Source: Collinsella sp.
GTDB taxonomy: Bacteria; Actinomycetota; Coriobacteriia; Coriobacteriales; Coriobacteriaceae
Reading direction: 5' to 3'
NCBI GenBank assembly: GCA_019414465.1
Contig: DXLY01000003.1
Span: 3,137 to 56,243, forward strand
Length of the DNA stretch: 53,107 nt
Positions 43,045 through 52,486 of this stretch are shown one piece after another (position 1 is the first letter of the stretch; every line of letters starts with the position of its first letter). The position numbers were made by a program, and so were the translations under genes. Under the pieces are notes generated by a model, which worked only from the letters and a program-made list of their open reading frames with translations, had not been told where the DNA came from and did no database searches.

Positions 43045-45405
43045 CTAAGCCAACCCCAGCAACATGCCCGCCGAATGCACGACAAACGCCACGACCCAGG
43101 CGACCGTCACCTGAAACGCGAATACGGCCACGGCATAGCGTGCGCCCAACTCGCTCTTGACGGCGCCGATGGACGCCACGCAAGGCGGGTACAGCAGCGT
43201 AAAGACCAGGAACACGTAGGCGGTAAACGGCGAAAACATGGCTGACAGTGCCGCGGGCGACGTTGCGCCCAAAAGCACCGTGAGCGTCGAGATGACGCTC
43301 TCCTTGGCAATGAGCCCCGTGACGAGCGCCGTCGAGGCGCGCCAGTCGCCAAAGCCGAGCGGGGCCAACACCGGCGCGATGATGCTACCCAGACCGGCAA
43401 GCAGGCTTTGCGACTGGTCGGCGACCACGTTAAAGCGAATGTCGAACGTCTGAAGGAACCAGATGACCACGGTCGCGGCAAAGATAATGGTAAAGGCCTT
43501 AGTGATGAAGTCCTTGGCCTTATCCCATGCCAGCATCACTGTCGTCTTGACGCTCGGCAGGCGGTAATTGGGGAGCTCCATGATAAACGGCACCGGGTCG
43601 CCCTTAAATGCCGTGCGGTTGAGCACCAAAGCCGCGACGCAGCCGACCACGATACCGATCAGATAGAGCGAGACCATGGCGGGAACCGTCGCCTGCGGGA
43701 AAAACGCCCCGCACAGCAAGCCGTAAACCGGCAGCTTGGCTGAGCAGCTCATAAACGGCGTGAGCATGACCGTCATCTTGCGGTCGTGCTCGGATGGGAG
43801 CGTCCGGGTCGACATGATAGCCGGCACGGTGCAGCCAAAACCGACGAGCATGGGCACGAAACTGCGGCCCGACAGGCCAAAGCGACGCAACACCTTATCC
43901 ATGACAAAGGCCACGCGCGCCATGTATCCGGAGTCTTCCAGAATGGAGAGGAACAAAAAGAGCACGACGATAATCGGCAGGAAGGTCAGCACACTGCCCA
44001 CGCCCGTAAGCACGCCGTCGACAGCCAGCGAGCGCACCACGTCGTTGGTACCGAACGCCTTGAGGCCCGCATCGGCCGAGGCGATGATGGCAGCGATACC
44101 GTCCTCCATGAGTCCCTGCAACGCCGCGCCGATCACGCCAAACGTCAGCCAAAAGACGAGGCCCATGATCACCAGAAACGCCGGAATGGCTGTGTAACGA
44201 CCTGTCAGGATGCGGTCAATCTTGACGGAGCGCACGTGTTCGCGGCTCTCGTGCGGCTTGACGACGCAACGCCCACACACGTCGCCGATAAAGCTAAAAC
44301 GCATATCGGCCAGCGCAGATAGGCGGTCGGTGCCGGCCTCGCCCTCCATCTGGGTAATGATGTGCTCGATAGCGTCGAGCTCATTGCGATCCAGGTGAAG
44401 CGCCTCGGTTACCAGCTCATCGCCCTCGACCAGCTTGGTCGCCGCAAAGCGCACCGGGATGTGCGCCGTCACGGCATGGTCCTCGATCAGGTTAGCAATA
44501 CCGTGGATGCAGCGATGCAGCGCACCGCCGTCCGGACCGTCGGGCGCGCAAAAGTCCAGGCGACCAGGGCGCTCGCGGAACCGCGCCACGTGCAGGGCGT
44601 GGTCCACCAGCTCGCCGATGCCCTCGTTGCGGGCAGCGCTAATGGGGACAACGGGCACGCCCAACAGGCTCTCGAGCAAGTTGACGTCTACGGCGCCGCC
44701 GTTGGCGGTCACCTCGTCCATCATGTTGAGCGCGATGACCATAGGACGGTCAAGCTCCATGAGCTGCAGTGTCAGGTACAGGTTGCGCTCGATGTTAGTG
44801 GCGTCAATGATGTCGATGATGGCGTCCGGACGCTCGTCGAGGATGAACTGACGGCTCACGACCTCCTCGCCTGTGTACGGCGACAGGGAGTAAATGCCGG
44901 GCAGGTCGGTAACGCTCGCCTCGGGATGGTTACGGATGGTGCCATCTTTGCGGTCGACCGTCACGCCGGGAAAGTTACCGACGTGCTGGTTGGAGCCCGT
45001 CAGCTGGTTGAATAACGTGGTCTTGCCGCAGTTTTGGTTGCCGGCGAGGGCAAAGTGCAGCGGCGCGCCCTCGGGCACGGCCGTCTTTGCCGCACGGGGC
45101 GAATACGTCCCCTCGCCCAGGGCCGGATGCTCCGTCGTGCCGATTGCGGCGTTAGCGCGCGGACCCGTATCGGTGTCGTGAATACCCACGAGCTCGATGC
45201 GAGCGGCATCGTCCTTGCGCAGTGTCAACTCGTAGCCACGCAGGCGGATCTCGAGCGGATCGCCCATGGGGGCGTACTTCATCATGGTGACTTCGGTGCC
45301 CGGCGTTAGACCCATGTCCAAAATATGCTGTCGGAGTGCCTGATCGTCCGATGCCACCGATGCGACAACGGCGTCCTTTCCAATCTCGAGTGTATCGAGC
45401 TTCAC
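43045..45405 (-). CDS. feoB: FeoA-FeoB fusion, ferrous iron transporter
   Basis: N-terminal FeoA (ILDMGLTPGT, APMGDP, LRGYELTLR), then G1 GNQNCGKT, VGNFPGVT, DLPG, NMMD and a membrane domain. GTG start after GGGAGG. Confidence 0.93.
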   Translation of the reverse strand: MKLDTLEIGKDAVVASVASDDQALRQHILDMGLTPGTEVTMMKYAPMGDPLEIRLRGYELTLRKDDAARIELVGIHDTDTGPRANAAIGTTEHPALGEGTYSPRAAKTAVPEGAPLHFALAGNQNCGKTTLFNQLTGSNQHVGNFPGVTVDRKDGTIRNHPEASVTDLPGIYSLSPYTGEEVVSRQFILDERPDAIIDIIDATNIERNLYLTLQLMELDRPMVIALNMMDEVTANGGAVDVNLLESLLGVPVVPISAARNEGIGELVDHALHVARFRERPGRLDFCAPDGPDGGALHRCIHGIANLIEDHAVTAHIPVRFAATKLVEGDELVTEALHLDRNELDAIEHIITQMEGEAGTDRLSALADMRFSFIGDVCGRCVVKPHESREHVRSVKIDRILTGRYTAIPAFLVIMGLVFWLTFGVIGAALQGLMEDGIAAIIASADAGLKAFGTNDVVRSLAVDGVLTGVGSVLTFLPIIVVLFLFLSILEDSGYMARVAFVMDKVLRRFGLSGRSFVPMLVGFGCTVPAIMSTRTLPSEHDRKMTVMLTPFMSCSAKLPVYGLLCGAFFPQATVPAMVSLYLIGIVVGCVAALVLNRTAFKGDPVPFIMELPNYRLPSVKTTVMLAWDKAKDFITKAFTIIFAATVVIWFLQTFDIRFNVVADQSQSLLAGLGSIIAPVLAPLGFGDWRASTALVTGLIAKESVISTLTVLLGATSPAALSAMFSPFTAYVFLVFTLLYPPCVASIGAVKSELGARYAVAVFAFQVTVAWVVAFVVHSAGMLLGLA

Positions 45406-45447
45406 GTCCGTGTTCCTCCCCCGGCGCCCACAGGGCGTTGTATTTAT

Positions 45448-45480
45448 GTTCACCATGGCTAACCGTTTGCCATGGCTAAC
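45448..45480. promoter_or_regulatory. Tandem metal-repressor (DtxR/MntR-like) operators upstream of feoAB
   Basis: GTTCACCATGGCTAAC and GTTTGCCATGGCTAAC, 17 bp apart, each near the palindrome GTTAGCCATGGCTAAC. Confidence 0.6.
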
Positions 45481-45564
45481 CAATTGTAACCATGCATGAT
45501 AGCGCGAACACACAACGACGTTCAATCGACAGATCGGTGCGATGGGGACAGGCAGGAGAGTTCA

Positions 45565-45765
45565 GGGCCATAGTTTCCCGATGAGGCCTCTCGGGGAAAC
45601 TACATCCCAGAATTCTGGCTCGAAACGGGATATGGTTTCCCTAACAGGCCTCTTACGGAAAATGCATCCCAGAATCCCCGCTCGAAACGGGACGCGCTTT
45701 CCCAGTCGAGGCCCTATGGGAAACTGCGTCCCACCTTGAAAGGCAAAACTGGGATGCAGTTTCCA
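45565..45765. repeat. 62-bp-period array of alternating inverted 15-bp motifs
   Basis: Units start at 45565, 45627, 45689 and 45751. Motif GGGATGCAGTTTCCC / GGGAAACTGCATCCC with 14- and 18-bp spacers. Confidence 0.85.
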
Positions 45766-45784
45766 GACGGGACATCAAAAACAA

Positions 45785-45851
45785 AGTTGCGGTGGAATAG
45801 TTCCTGGATGGGCTGGTTGATGCCCCAGATCGGAGCTATTTCACCGCAAGT
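45785..45851. repeat. 22-bp inverted-repeat doublet, copy 2
   Basis: Left arm identical to 41645-41666, same 23-nt spacing, right arm degenerate (TCGGAGCTATTTCACCGCAAGT). Confidence 0.85.
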
Positions 45852-45878
45852 TATTGAAGGGCTGGGATGCCCGTCCTC

Positions 45879-46778
45879 TTACAGATGGCGCTCCAGGAAG
45901 CGGAAGGCTAGGCGAATCCAGGGGCGGACTGCCACCTGCTTGTCCTCGTTGTCGACCGCGGTGTTGGCGTTGCCGAGCGAAAGGCCGTGACCACCCTGGT
46001 CGAAGACGTGCATCTCGCATGCAACGCCCTCCTCGGCCATGCGCTGCGCAAACGGGTAGACCTGCGCGATCGGCGCCGTCTTGTCGTCGGACACGCCCCA
46101 CACAAAGGTCGGTGGCATCTGACGCGAAACATGCGTGGTGGGGCAGATGTCGGCCAGATGCTCGTCAGTTGCCTCGCCGCCCGTCACCATCGACAGGTAG
46201 TCGTTGAGCAAATCGCGCCCCGTCTTGCCGCCCGTCTTGGGCACACGCAAGTCAATGCGCGGATCGCGCGTCTGCATGTCGCGCACATAGGCAAAGTCTA
46301 GCAATGGATAGCCCAGCACCACGGCATCGGGACGAATGTCGTCCGGACGCGCCCCGGCAAGTGCCGCAAAGGGGCCGGTCTTCCACTGTGTTGCCAGCGA
46401 GGCGCAAATCATGCCGCCAGCAGAAAAGCCCACGACGCACACGCGCTTAGGATCGACATGCCACTCGTCGGCGTTGGCGCGCACCGTGGCGACCATCTTG
46501 GCAAGATCTGCCTGGGGGTGCGGAAAGCTCACGTCACCTGTAGAACTCGTGACATAGTTGAGCACAAAGGCCTGGTAACCGTGATCCAAAAACGCAAACG
46601 CCACAGGATCCTGCTCATGCGGAGCGATATGCGTAAACGCACCTCCGCCACAGATAATCACCGCGGGGCGGCGGCCATTCGGTTTATCGGGCAACGGCTC
46701 GGCACCCAAATACGTAAACGCCGCCGGATAATCCTCGGTCGGCTCCTCGCCCCACAGCGCATGGTTCTCGACAATCAT
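45879..46778 (-). CDS. Alpha/beta hydrolase (acetyl/xylan esterase-like)
   Basis: CGGGAF oxyanion loop, GFSAGG nucleophile, DKT and GGHG. RBS AAGGGAG. Confidence 0.85.
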   Translation of the reverse strand: MIVENHALWGEEPTEDYPAAFTYLGAEPLPDKPNGRRPAVIICGGGAFTHIAPHEQDPVAFAFLDHGYQAFVLNYVTSSTGDVSFPHPQADLAKMVATVRANADEWHVDPKRVCVVGFSAGGMICASLATQWKTGPFAALAGARPDDIRPDAVVLGYPLLDFAYVRDMQTRDPRIDLRVPKTGGKTGRDLLNDYLSMVTGGEATDEHLADICPTTHVSRQMPPTFVWGVSDDKTAPIAQVYPFAQRMAEEGVACEMHVFDQGGHGLSLGNANTAVDNEDKQVAVRPWIRLAFRFLERHL

Positions 46779-47021
46779 ATGTGCTCCCTTCGCGCAAATT
46801 ATGCGCCCTTGTTTTTCGCCTTCAAGCGTACCCCACTTGAACCCGTGGCGCAGAAACACTCCGGCAATAAGTTTCCCTTCAACTGATATATCACATAATC
46901 CCAGTTCAGAGGTATCATTGAGCAGCGTAGAATAGGGGCGTTGACCAAGCCGCGAAACACATGTGAAATGTTTCCGGCAAACCAAACGCGCGATATGCGC
47001 CTATTTAAGTTGGAGGCAACT

Positions 47022-47585
47022 ATGGGTCTGCTCGATTCGCTTAAGTCCACCTTCACCTCGACCGGCGAGGCGTCCGTTCCGCCCGCAGCAAGCTTCGCTA
47101 CCCGCGAAGGCGTCATCTACGCCCCCGTCAACGGCGTGCTCGTCAACCTGGACGAGGTTCCCGACGAGACGATCGCCTCGGGCATGCTTGGCCAGGGCTA
47201 TGGCATCGAGCCCATTACCGGCACCATCTATGCGCCCGCCAACGGCCGCATCGGCGCCACCACTGTCACCAACCACTCCATTGGCATGATCACCGAGGAC
47301 GGTCTTCGCGTGTTTATCCATGTCGGCCTGGGCACCGTGGAAATGAACGGCAAGGGTTTTGCCCGCTTTGTCGAGATGGGCGATGTGGTCAAGGCAGGCC
47401 AGCCGCTCATCAGCTTCGATCGCGAGGCCATTAAGGCCGCTGGTCACGAGGACATCGTGACCGTCATCGTCTCCGAGCTCGATCGTCTTAAGAGCATCGA
47501 CCATGTCGGCGAGTCTGGAACGCTTATCGGCGGCAACCCGCTCGTCAAGCTTGGCGACCCGCTGCTGGTAGCCAAGACCAAGTAG
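47022..47585 (+). CDS. Stand-alone PTS EIIA, glucose family
   Basis: [20 protein letters not shown] and [17 protein letters not shown]. Confidence 0.88.
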   Translation: MGLLDSLKSTFTSTGEASVPPAASFATREGVIYAPVNGVLVNLDEVPDETIASGMLGQGYGIEPITGTIYAPANGRIGATTVTNHSIGMITEDGLRVFIHVGLGTVEMNGKGFARFVEMGDVVKAGQPLISFDREAIKAAGHEDIVTVIVSELDRLKSIDHVGESGTLIGGNPLVKLGDPLLVAKTK

Positions 47586-47621
47586 CCAGGCCCCGCGCCA
47601 CACAGCCAAAAGGCACCTCGT

Positions 47622-47660
47622 CAAGTGCCCGCGACCATTTGGCCGCGGGCACTTTTCGTT
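47622..47660 (+). terminator. Rho-independent terminator after EIIA
   Basis: AAGTGCCCGCG..CGCGGGCACTT followed by TTCGTTT. Confidence 0.7.
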
Positions 47661-47766
47661 TGAAAAACCATCTCGCCAATGCCTTATCTGTATAGCCCAA
47701 ATGAGCCGAGCTGCTAGAATATCGAACTGTATGGATAACTATCATTCAACCGTTATGGGAGGATAC

Positions 47767-49170
47767 GTGAACCGCACCAAAATCGCGCAGCTCTATGCCG
47801 ATGCCGAGTCGCTCGGCGGCCAGACTGTCACCGTCGCCGGCTGGGTTAAGTCCGTCCGCGACATGAAGAACTTTGGCTTTGTTACGCTCAACGACGGCAG
47901 CTGCTTCCGCGACCTGCAGGTCGTCATGAACCGCGAGGCACTCGACAACTACGACGAGATCGCCCATCAAAACGTCTCGGCCGCACTCATTTGCACCGGC
48001 ACCGTCAAGCTGACCCCCGATGCGCCCCAGCCTTTCGAGCTTTCTGCCACCTCCATCGAGGTCGAGGGCACGAGCGCCCCGGATTACCCGCTGCAGAAGA
48101 AGCGCGCAACCGTCGAGTTCCTGCGCACCCAGCAGCACCTGCGTCCGCGCACCAACCTGTTCCGCGCCGTGTTCCGCATCCGCTCTGTCGCGGCTGCCGC
48201 CATCCACCGCTTCTTCCAGGAGCAGGGCTTTGTCTACGTCAACACCCCCATCATCACCACGAGTGACTGCGAGGGCGCCGGCGAGATGTTCCGCGTGACC
48301 ACGCTCGACCCCAAAAATCCGCCCCTCACCGAGTCCGGCGAGGTCGACTGGAGCCAGGACTTCTTTGGCAAGCATGCAAGCCTCACCGTGTCCGGCCAGC
48401 TCAATGCCGAGAACTTTGCCATGGCCTTTGGCGACGTGTACACCTTTGGCCCCACCTTCCGTGCCGAGAACTCCAACACCACGCGCCACGCCGCCGAGTT
48501 TTGGATGATCGAGCCCGAGATGGCCTTCGCCGACCTCAACGACTACATGGACAACGCCGAGGCCATGCTCAAGTACGTCCTTAAGGACGTTATGGCCACC
48601 TGCCCCGACGAGCTCAACATGCTCAACAAGTTTGTGGACAAGGGTCTGCTCGAGCGCCTGGACCATGTCGCCAACTCCGACTTCGCCCGCGTCACCTATA
48701 CCGAGGCCGTCGAAATCCTGGAGCAAGCCGTCGCCGCCGGTCACAAGTTTGACTATCCCGTGAGCTGGGGCATCGACCTGCAAACCGAGCACGAGCGTTT
48801 CCTGACCGAGGAGCACTTTAAGCGCCCGACCTTCGTGACCGACTACCCGGCCGAGATCAAGGCGTTCTACATGCGCATGAACGAGGACGGCAAGACCGTC
48901 GCCGCCGCCGACTGCCTGGTTCCCGGTATCGGCGAGATTATCGGCGGCTCCCAGCGCGAGGAGCGCCTGGATCTGCTCGAGGCCCGCATCAAGGACCTGG
49001 GCATGAATCCCGAGCAGTACAAGTACTACCTTGACCTGCGCCGCTACGGTTCCTGCAAGCACGCCGGCTACGGTCTGGGCTTCGAGCGCTTGGTCATGTA
49101 TCTGACCGGCGTGGGCAACATCCGCGACGTCCTGCCGCACCCGCGCACCGTGGGCAACGCCGACTTCTAA
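47767..49170 (+). CDS. asnS: Asparagine--tRNA ligase
   Basis: OB-fold N-terminus, [28 protein letters not shown] and [13 protein letters not shown] start after GGAGG. Confidence 0.95.
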   Translation: MNRTKIAQLYADAESLGGQTVTVAGWVKSVRDMKNFGFVTLNDGSCFRDLQVVMNREALDNYDEIAHQNVSAALICTGTVKLTPDAPQPFELSATSIEVEGTSAPDYPLQKKRATVEFLRTQQHLRPRTNLFRAVFRIRSVAAAAIHRFFQEQGFVYVNTPIITTSDCEGAGEMFRVTTLDPKNPPLTESGEVDWSQDFFGKHASLTVSGQLNAENFAMAFGDVYTFGPTFRAENSNTTRHAAEFWMIEPEMAFADLNDYMDNAEAMLKYVLKDVMATCPDELNMLNKFVDKGLLERLDHVANSDFARVTYTEAVEILEQAVAAGHKFDYPVSWGIDLQTEHERFLTEEHFKRPTFVTDYPAEIKAFYMRMNEDGKTVAAADCLVPGIGEIIGGSQREERLDLLEARIKDLGMNPEQYKYYLDLRRYGSCKHAGYGLGFERLVMYLTGVGNIRDVLPHPRTVGNADF

Positions 49171-49216
49171 TCGTCGGACGCTAGCTCGCGTCGCCACACG
49201 CCAACGCTCATCGCAC

Positions 49217-49253
49217 AAGCGTCTCTCGACATCGGTCGAGAGACGCTTTTTTT
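49217..49253 (+). terminator. Rho-independent terminator after asnS
   Basis: AAGCGTCTCTCGAC-ATCG-GTCGAGAGACGCTT followed by TTTTT. Confidence 0.85.
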
Positions 49254-49429
49254 CAACAGCATCCGTCAAGCTTTTGGCAAGTTTTTGGTCAGTTGAGTAG
49301 GGCTGTTGAAAACTCAACCCGCCGTTTGCCGACGACTACCGACCGCCCAGAGCGCCCTGCGCCCCTGGGAAAGCCCCGCGTCCTAGGCTCCATACCGTCG
49401 CCACCCAAAACGGAAAGGACGTGGGCACG

Positions 49430-50218
49430 ATGACCGAAGCCGCTGTTGAAACCTACGACACCACGACGAGAGGCGCCGCCTCGATGGCAGCCTATCGCGC
49501 CGTTCGCATCCTGCAGCTCTTGAGCGAAAACACCGGCGAAGACAAGGCCATACTTTCCGATGAGCTGATCCGGCGCCTCTCCCATCCCGACGACCCCGCC
49601 CGCATGCCCATCTCGGCGGCGCGGCGCAGCATCTACACCGCCATCTCCGCGCTTCGCCATGCCGGATACGAAATTGAGTACAAACGCGGCGTGGGCTACA
49701 AACTTCTTACCCGCCCGCTCACCGATGAAGAGATCATCCGGCTCCACGGTATGGTCATGCGCAACCGCTCCACGCCTATCGCTATCCGCAAGAGCATGGC
49801 GCAGCACTTAGTTGCCATGGCGAGTGCCGACGTTCGCGGCTACCTCGATACACCCGAACCCGTTCCGAGCGCAGGCAGCAAGGCTACCAAGGCAACACGC
49901 ACGCCCATCAAGCGCATCGACACGTGCGAGCTCGTCGAGCAGGCCATCGACCATGGAACCACGGTGAGTTTTGATATTTCGAGCGTCACGGCACGTGGCG
50001 AAACCGAAGTAGCACGGATGACGCTCCGCCCCTTTGCCATCAGGCAGCGCGATGGCATCTCGTATTTGCTGGGAACGGTCTATGACGCCCGAGGTGCCGA
50101 TGACACGCTGCGCACCGTAGAGATTGGTCGCATGAGAAACGTCACCACACGTCTCCTCGACGGCAAGAAGCTCTTCGCCGCCCTCGACGAGGAGGACGAC
50201 GCCTCCTCCGCCGCATAA
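49430..50218 (+). CDS. wHTH + WYL-like transcriptional regulator lacking the C-terminal WCX domain
   Basis: ILQLLSENT..ELI..RRSIYTAISALR..GYEI..GY (PafB/YafY-like wHTH). C-half AIDHGTTVSF..LRPFAI..GISYLLG..RTVEIGRM resembles a diverged WYL domain. Confidence 0.7.
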   Translation: MTEAAVETYDTTTRGAASMAAYRAVRILQLLSENTGEDKAILSDELIRRLSHPDDPARMPISAARRSIYTAISALRHAGYEIEYKRGVGYKLLTRPLTDEEIIRLHGMVMRNRSTPIAIRKSMAQHLVAMASADVRGYLDTPEPVPSAGSKATKATRTPIKRIDTCELVEQAIDHGTTVSFDISSVTARGETEVARMTLRPFAIRQRDGISYLLGTVYDARGADDTLRTVEIGRMRNVTTRLLDGKKLFAALDEEDDASSAA

Positions 50219-50378
50219 GACCCTCCGCCGCCCATTCGACTACCCGTACCGCCCATCCGATTCTGTATTAAAAAACCCGCCAGGCTGTTGTAAAAATGGA
50301 CATCAGCGCTACTATAGTTCCACTTGCACTTTGTCCCAGTGCAGTGTTTCCAGCCATTTTTATACTGGGGGTAATGAT

Positions 50379-51359
50379 ATGAAGGACATCACCATCAGTC
50401 GCAGGAGCCTTCTGGTCTCCGCCGGCCTGCTCGCGCTCGCCCCGCTCGCCGGATGCGGCGGCAACTCTGGTTCCGGCTCTGCTGCCGCCGGTTCCGACTA
50501 CACCATCGGCGTTCTGCAACTCACCGAGCATTCCGCACTCGATGCCGCCAACGACGGCTTTGTCAAGGCCATCAAGGAGAGCGGCCTTAAGGTCAAGATC
50601 GACCAGAAGAACGCCCAGAACGACCAGTCCACGTGTAAGTCCATTGCCGACAAGTTTGTGGGCGACAACGTCAACCTGATTTATGCCATCGCCACGCCCG
50701 CCGCGCAGGCTGCCGCCGGCGCCACGGCCGATATCCCCATCGTGGGCTGCGCCATCACCGACTACGCCGCCTCCGGCCTGGTCCAGGACAACGACAAGCC
50801 CGGCACCAACGTCACGGGCGCTTCCGACCTCACCCCGGTCGCCGAGCAGCTCGAGATGATGCAGAAGGTCCTGCCCGACGTTAAAAAGGTCGGCCTGCTC
50901 TACTGCACCGCCGAGTCCAACTCCGACGTCCAGATCAAGGCCGCCAAGAAGGAGCTCGACAAGCTGGGCCTCGAGTACACTGACTTCACCGTCTCGAGCT
51001 CCAACGAGATTCAGTCCGTCGTCGAGTCTGCCGTGGGCAAGGTCGACGCGCTGTACTCCCCCACCGACAACACCATCGCCGCGGGCGCCTCGCAGGTCGG
51101 CCAGATCTGCAAGGAAAACAAGCTTCCCTTCGTGACTGGCGAGGAGGGTATGTGCATGGCCGGCGGCCTGTTCACCCTCTCCATCAACTATGAGGACCTG
51201 GGCTACGCCGCGGGCGAGATGGCCGTTAAGATCCTGAAGGGCGAGGCCAAGCCCGAGGATATGCCGATCAAGCACCTCTCGAGCAAGGACCTGGTCGTCG
51301 TCAAGAACGACGAAATGGCCGAGGCCCTGGGCATCGACCTTTCCGCTCTGGACGCGTAA
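50379..51359 (+). CDS. ABC transporter substrate-binding lipoprotein (ABC_sub_bind/TrpX-like, aromatic amino acid candidate)
   Basis: Tat-like SRRSLL, lipobox LAGC, EHSALD, IATPAAQA, NVTGASD and PTDN. Confidence 0.85.
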   Translation: MKDITISRRSLLVSAGLLALAPLAGCGGNSGSGSAAAGSDYTIGVLQLTEHSALDAANDGFVKAIKESGLKVKIDQKNAQNDQSTCKSIADKFVGDNVNLIYAIATPAAQAAAGATADIPIVGCAITDYAASGLVQDNDKPGTNVTGASDLTPVAEQLEMMQKVLPDVKKVGLLYCTAESNSDVQIKAAKKELDKLGLEYTDFTVSSSNEIQSVVESAVGKVDALYSPTDNTIAAGASQVGQICKENKLPFVTGEEGMCMAGGLFTLSINYEDLGYAAGEMAVKILKGEAKPEDMPIKHLSSKDLVVVKNDEMAEALGIDLSALDA

Positions 51360-51562
51360 TGCCATACGCGGCATGCGCCTAGAGCCCGTGCTCGCGCTTT
51401 AGCCGCGTTATTCAATATCTGAGCCACAGGGGCGGGCGCTGTAGACCGGCGTCCGCCCTGCTTGTTTCAGGTAAAACAAAACGTCTGTCCGTAACTCTTC
51501 TATGCATTGTTACCGCTATTATGGTGAATCACGTGTCCACCCTATCCTAGGAGGTATGAAGC

Positions 51563-52486
51563 ATGCTCATTGCATTGCAGGGCGCCGTTTCGCAGGGCGT
51601 CCTCTGGGGCATTATGGTGCTTGGCGTGTTTATCACGTTCCGCCTGCTCGACATTCCCGATATGACCTGCGACGGCAGCTTTGCCCTCGGCGGCTGCGTC
51701 TGCGCTGTGCTCATCGTCAATAACAACGTCGACCCGCTGCTCGCCGTGCTGGCCGGTATGTGCGCCGGCGCCATCGCGGGTGCCGTCACGGGCATTTTGA
51801 CCACCGTCTTCGAGATTCCCGCGATCCTCGCCGGAATCCTCACCCAGATCAGTCTGTGGTCCATCAACCTGCGCATCATGGGCAAGTCCAATACGCCCAT
51901 TCTTGCCAAGGGCACCGTGTTCTCGGCCGTCAGCAATATGACCGGCCTGCCGCAGTCCACCGTTGCCATCATCTTGGGCATCCTGCTCGCCGTGGCTATC
52001 GTTGCCATCCTGTATTGGTTCTTTGGCACCGAGATCGGCTCGGCGCTGCGCGCCACCGGCAACAACGAGTACATGATCCGCGCTCTGGGCGTCAACACCA
52101 ACTCCACCAAGATGATCGCCCTCGTGCTCTCCAACGCCCTCATCGGCCTTTCGGGCGCACTCATCTGCCAGAGCCAGAAGTATGCCGACATTGGTATGGG
52201 CACCGGTGCCATCGTTATCGGTCTTGCCGCCATTGTTATCGGCGAGGTGCTCGGCCGCCTGCTGCCCGGCGGTCTCACGCAGTTTAGTGTCCGTCTTGCC
52301 TCCGCCGTTTTTGGCTCCGTAGTGTACTTCCTTATCCGCGCCATCGTGCTGCAGTTGGGCATGGACGCCAACGACATGAAGCTGCTCTCCGCCGTAATCG
52401 TCGCCGTGGCCCTGTGCGTGCCCGTGGTTTGGGAGCGCTATAAGCTCCGCAGCTCCTACACGAAGGGGGATGAGGCAGATGCTTAA
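51563..52486 (+). CDS. ABC transporter permease
   Basis: FRLLDIPDMTCDGSF, SINLRIMG and LRATGNN motifs. Confidence 0.88.
   Translation: MLIALQGAVSQGVLWGIMVLGVFITFRLLDIPDMTCDGSFALGGCVCAVLIVNNNVDPLLAVLAGMCAGAIAGAVTGILTTVFEIPAILAGILTQISLWSINLRIMGKSNTPILAKGTVFSAVSNMTGLPQSTVAIILGILLAVAIVAILYWFFGTEIGSALRATGNNEYMIRALGVNTNSTKMIALVLSNALIGLSGALICQSQKYADIGMGTGAIVIGLAAIVIGEVLGRLLPGGLTQFSVRLASAVFGSVVYFLIRAIVLQLGMDANDMKLLSAVIVAVALCVPVVWERYKLRSSYTKGDEADA

Noticed and set aside
45565..45851. Possible CRISPR array
   Set aside because: Motifs alternate in orientation and are degenerate, spacers are short and mutually similar, and there are no cas genes.
46954..46976. LacI/cre-like site TGAAATGTTTCC upstream of EIIA
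   Set aside because: Single imperfect match with no supporting copy or cognate regulator in the window.
50219..50378. T-box or riboswitch before the ABC importer
   Set aside because: The region is too short and has no T-box consensus or leader terminator.
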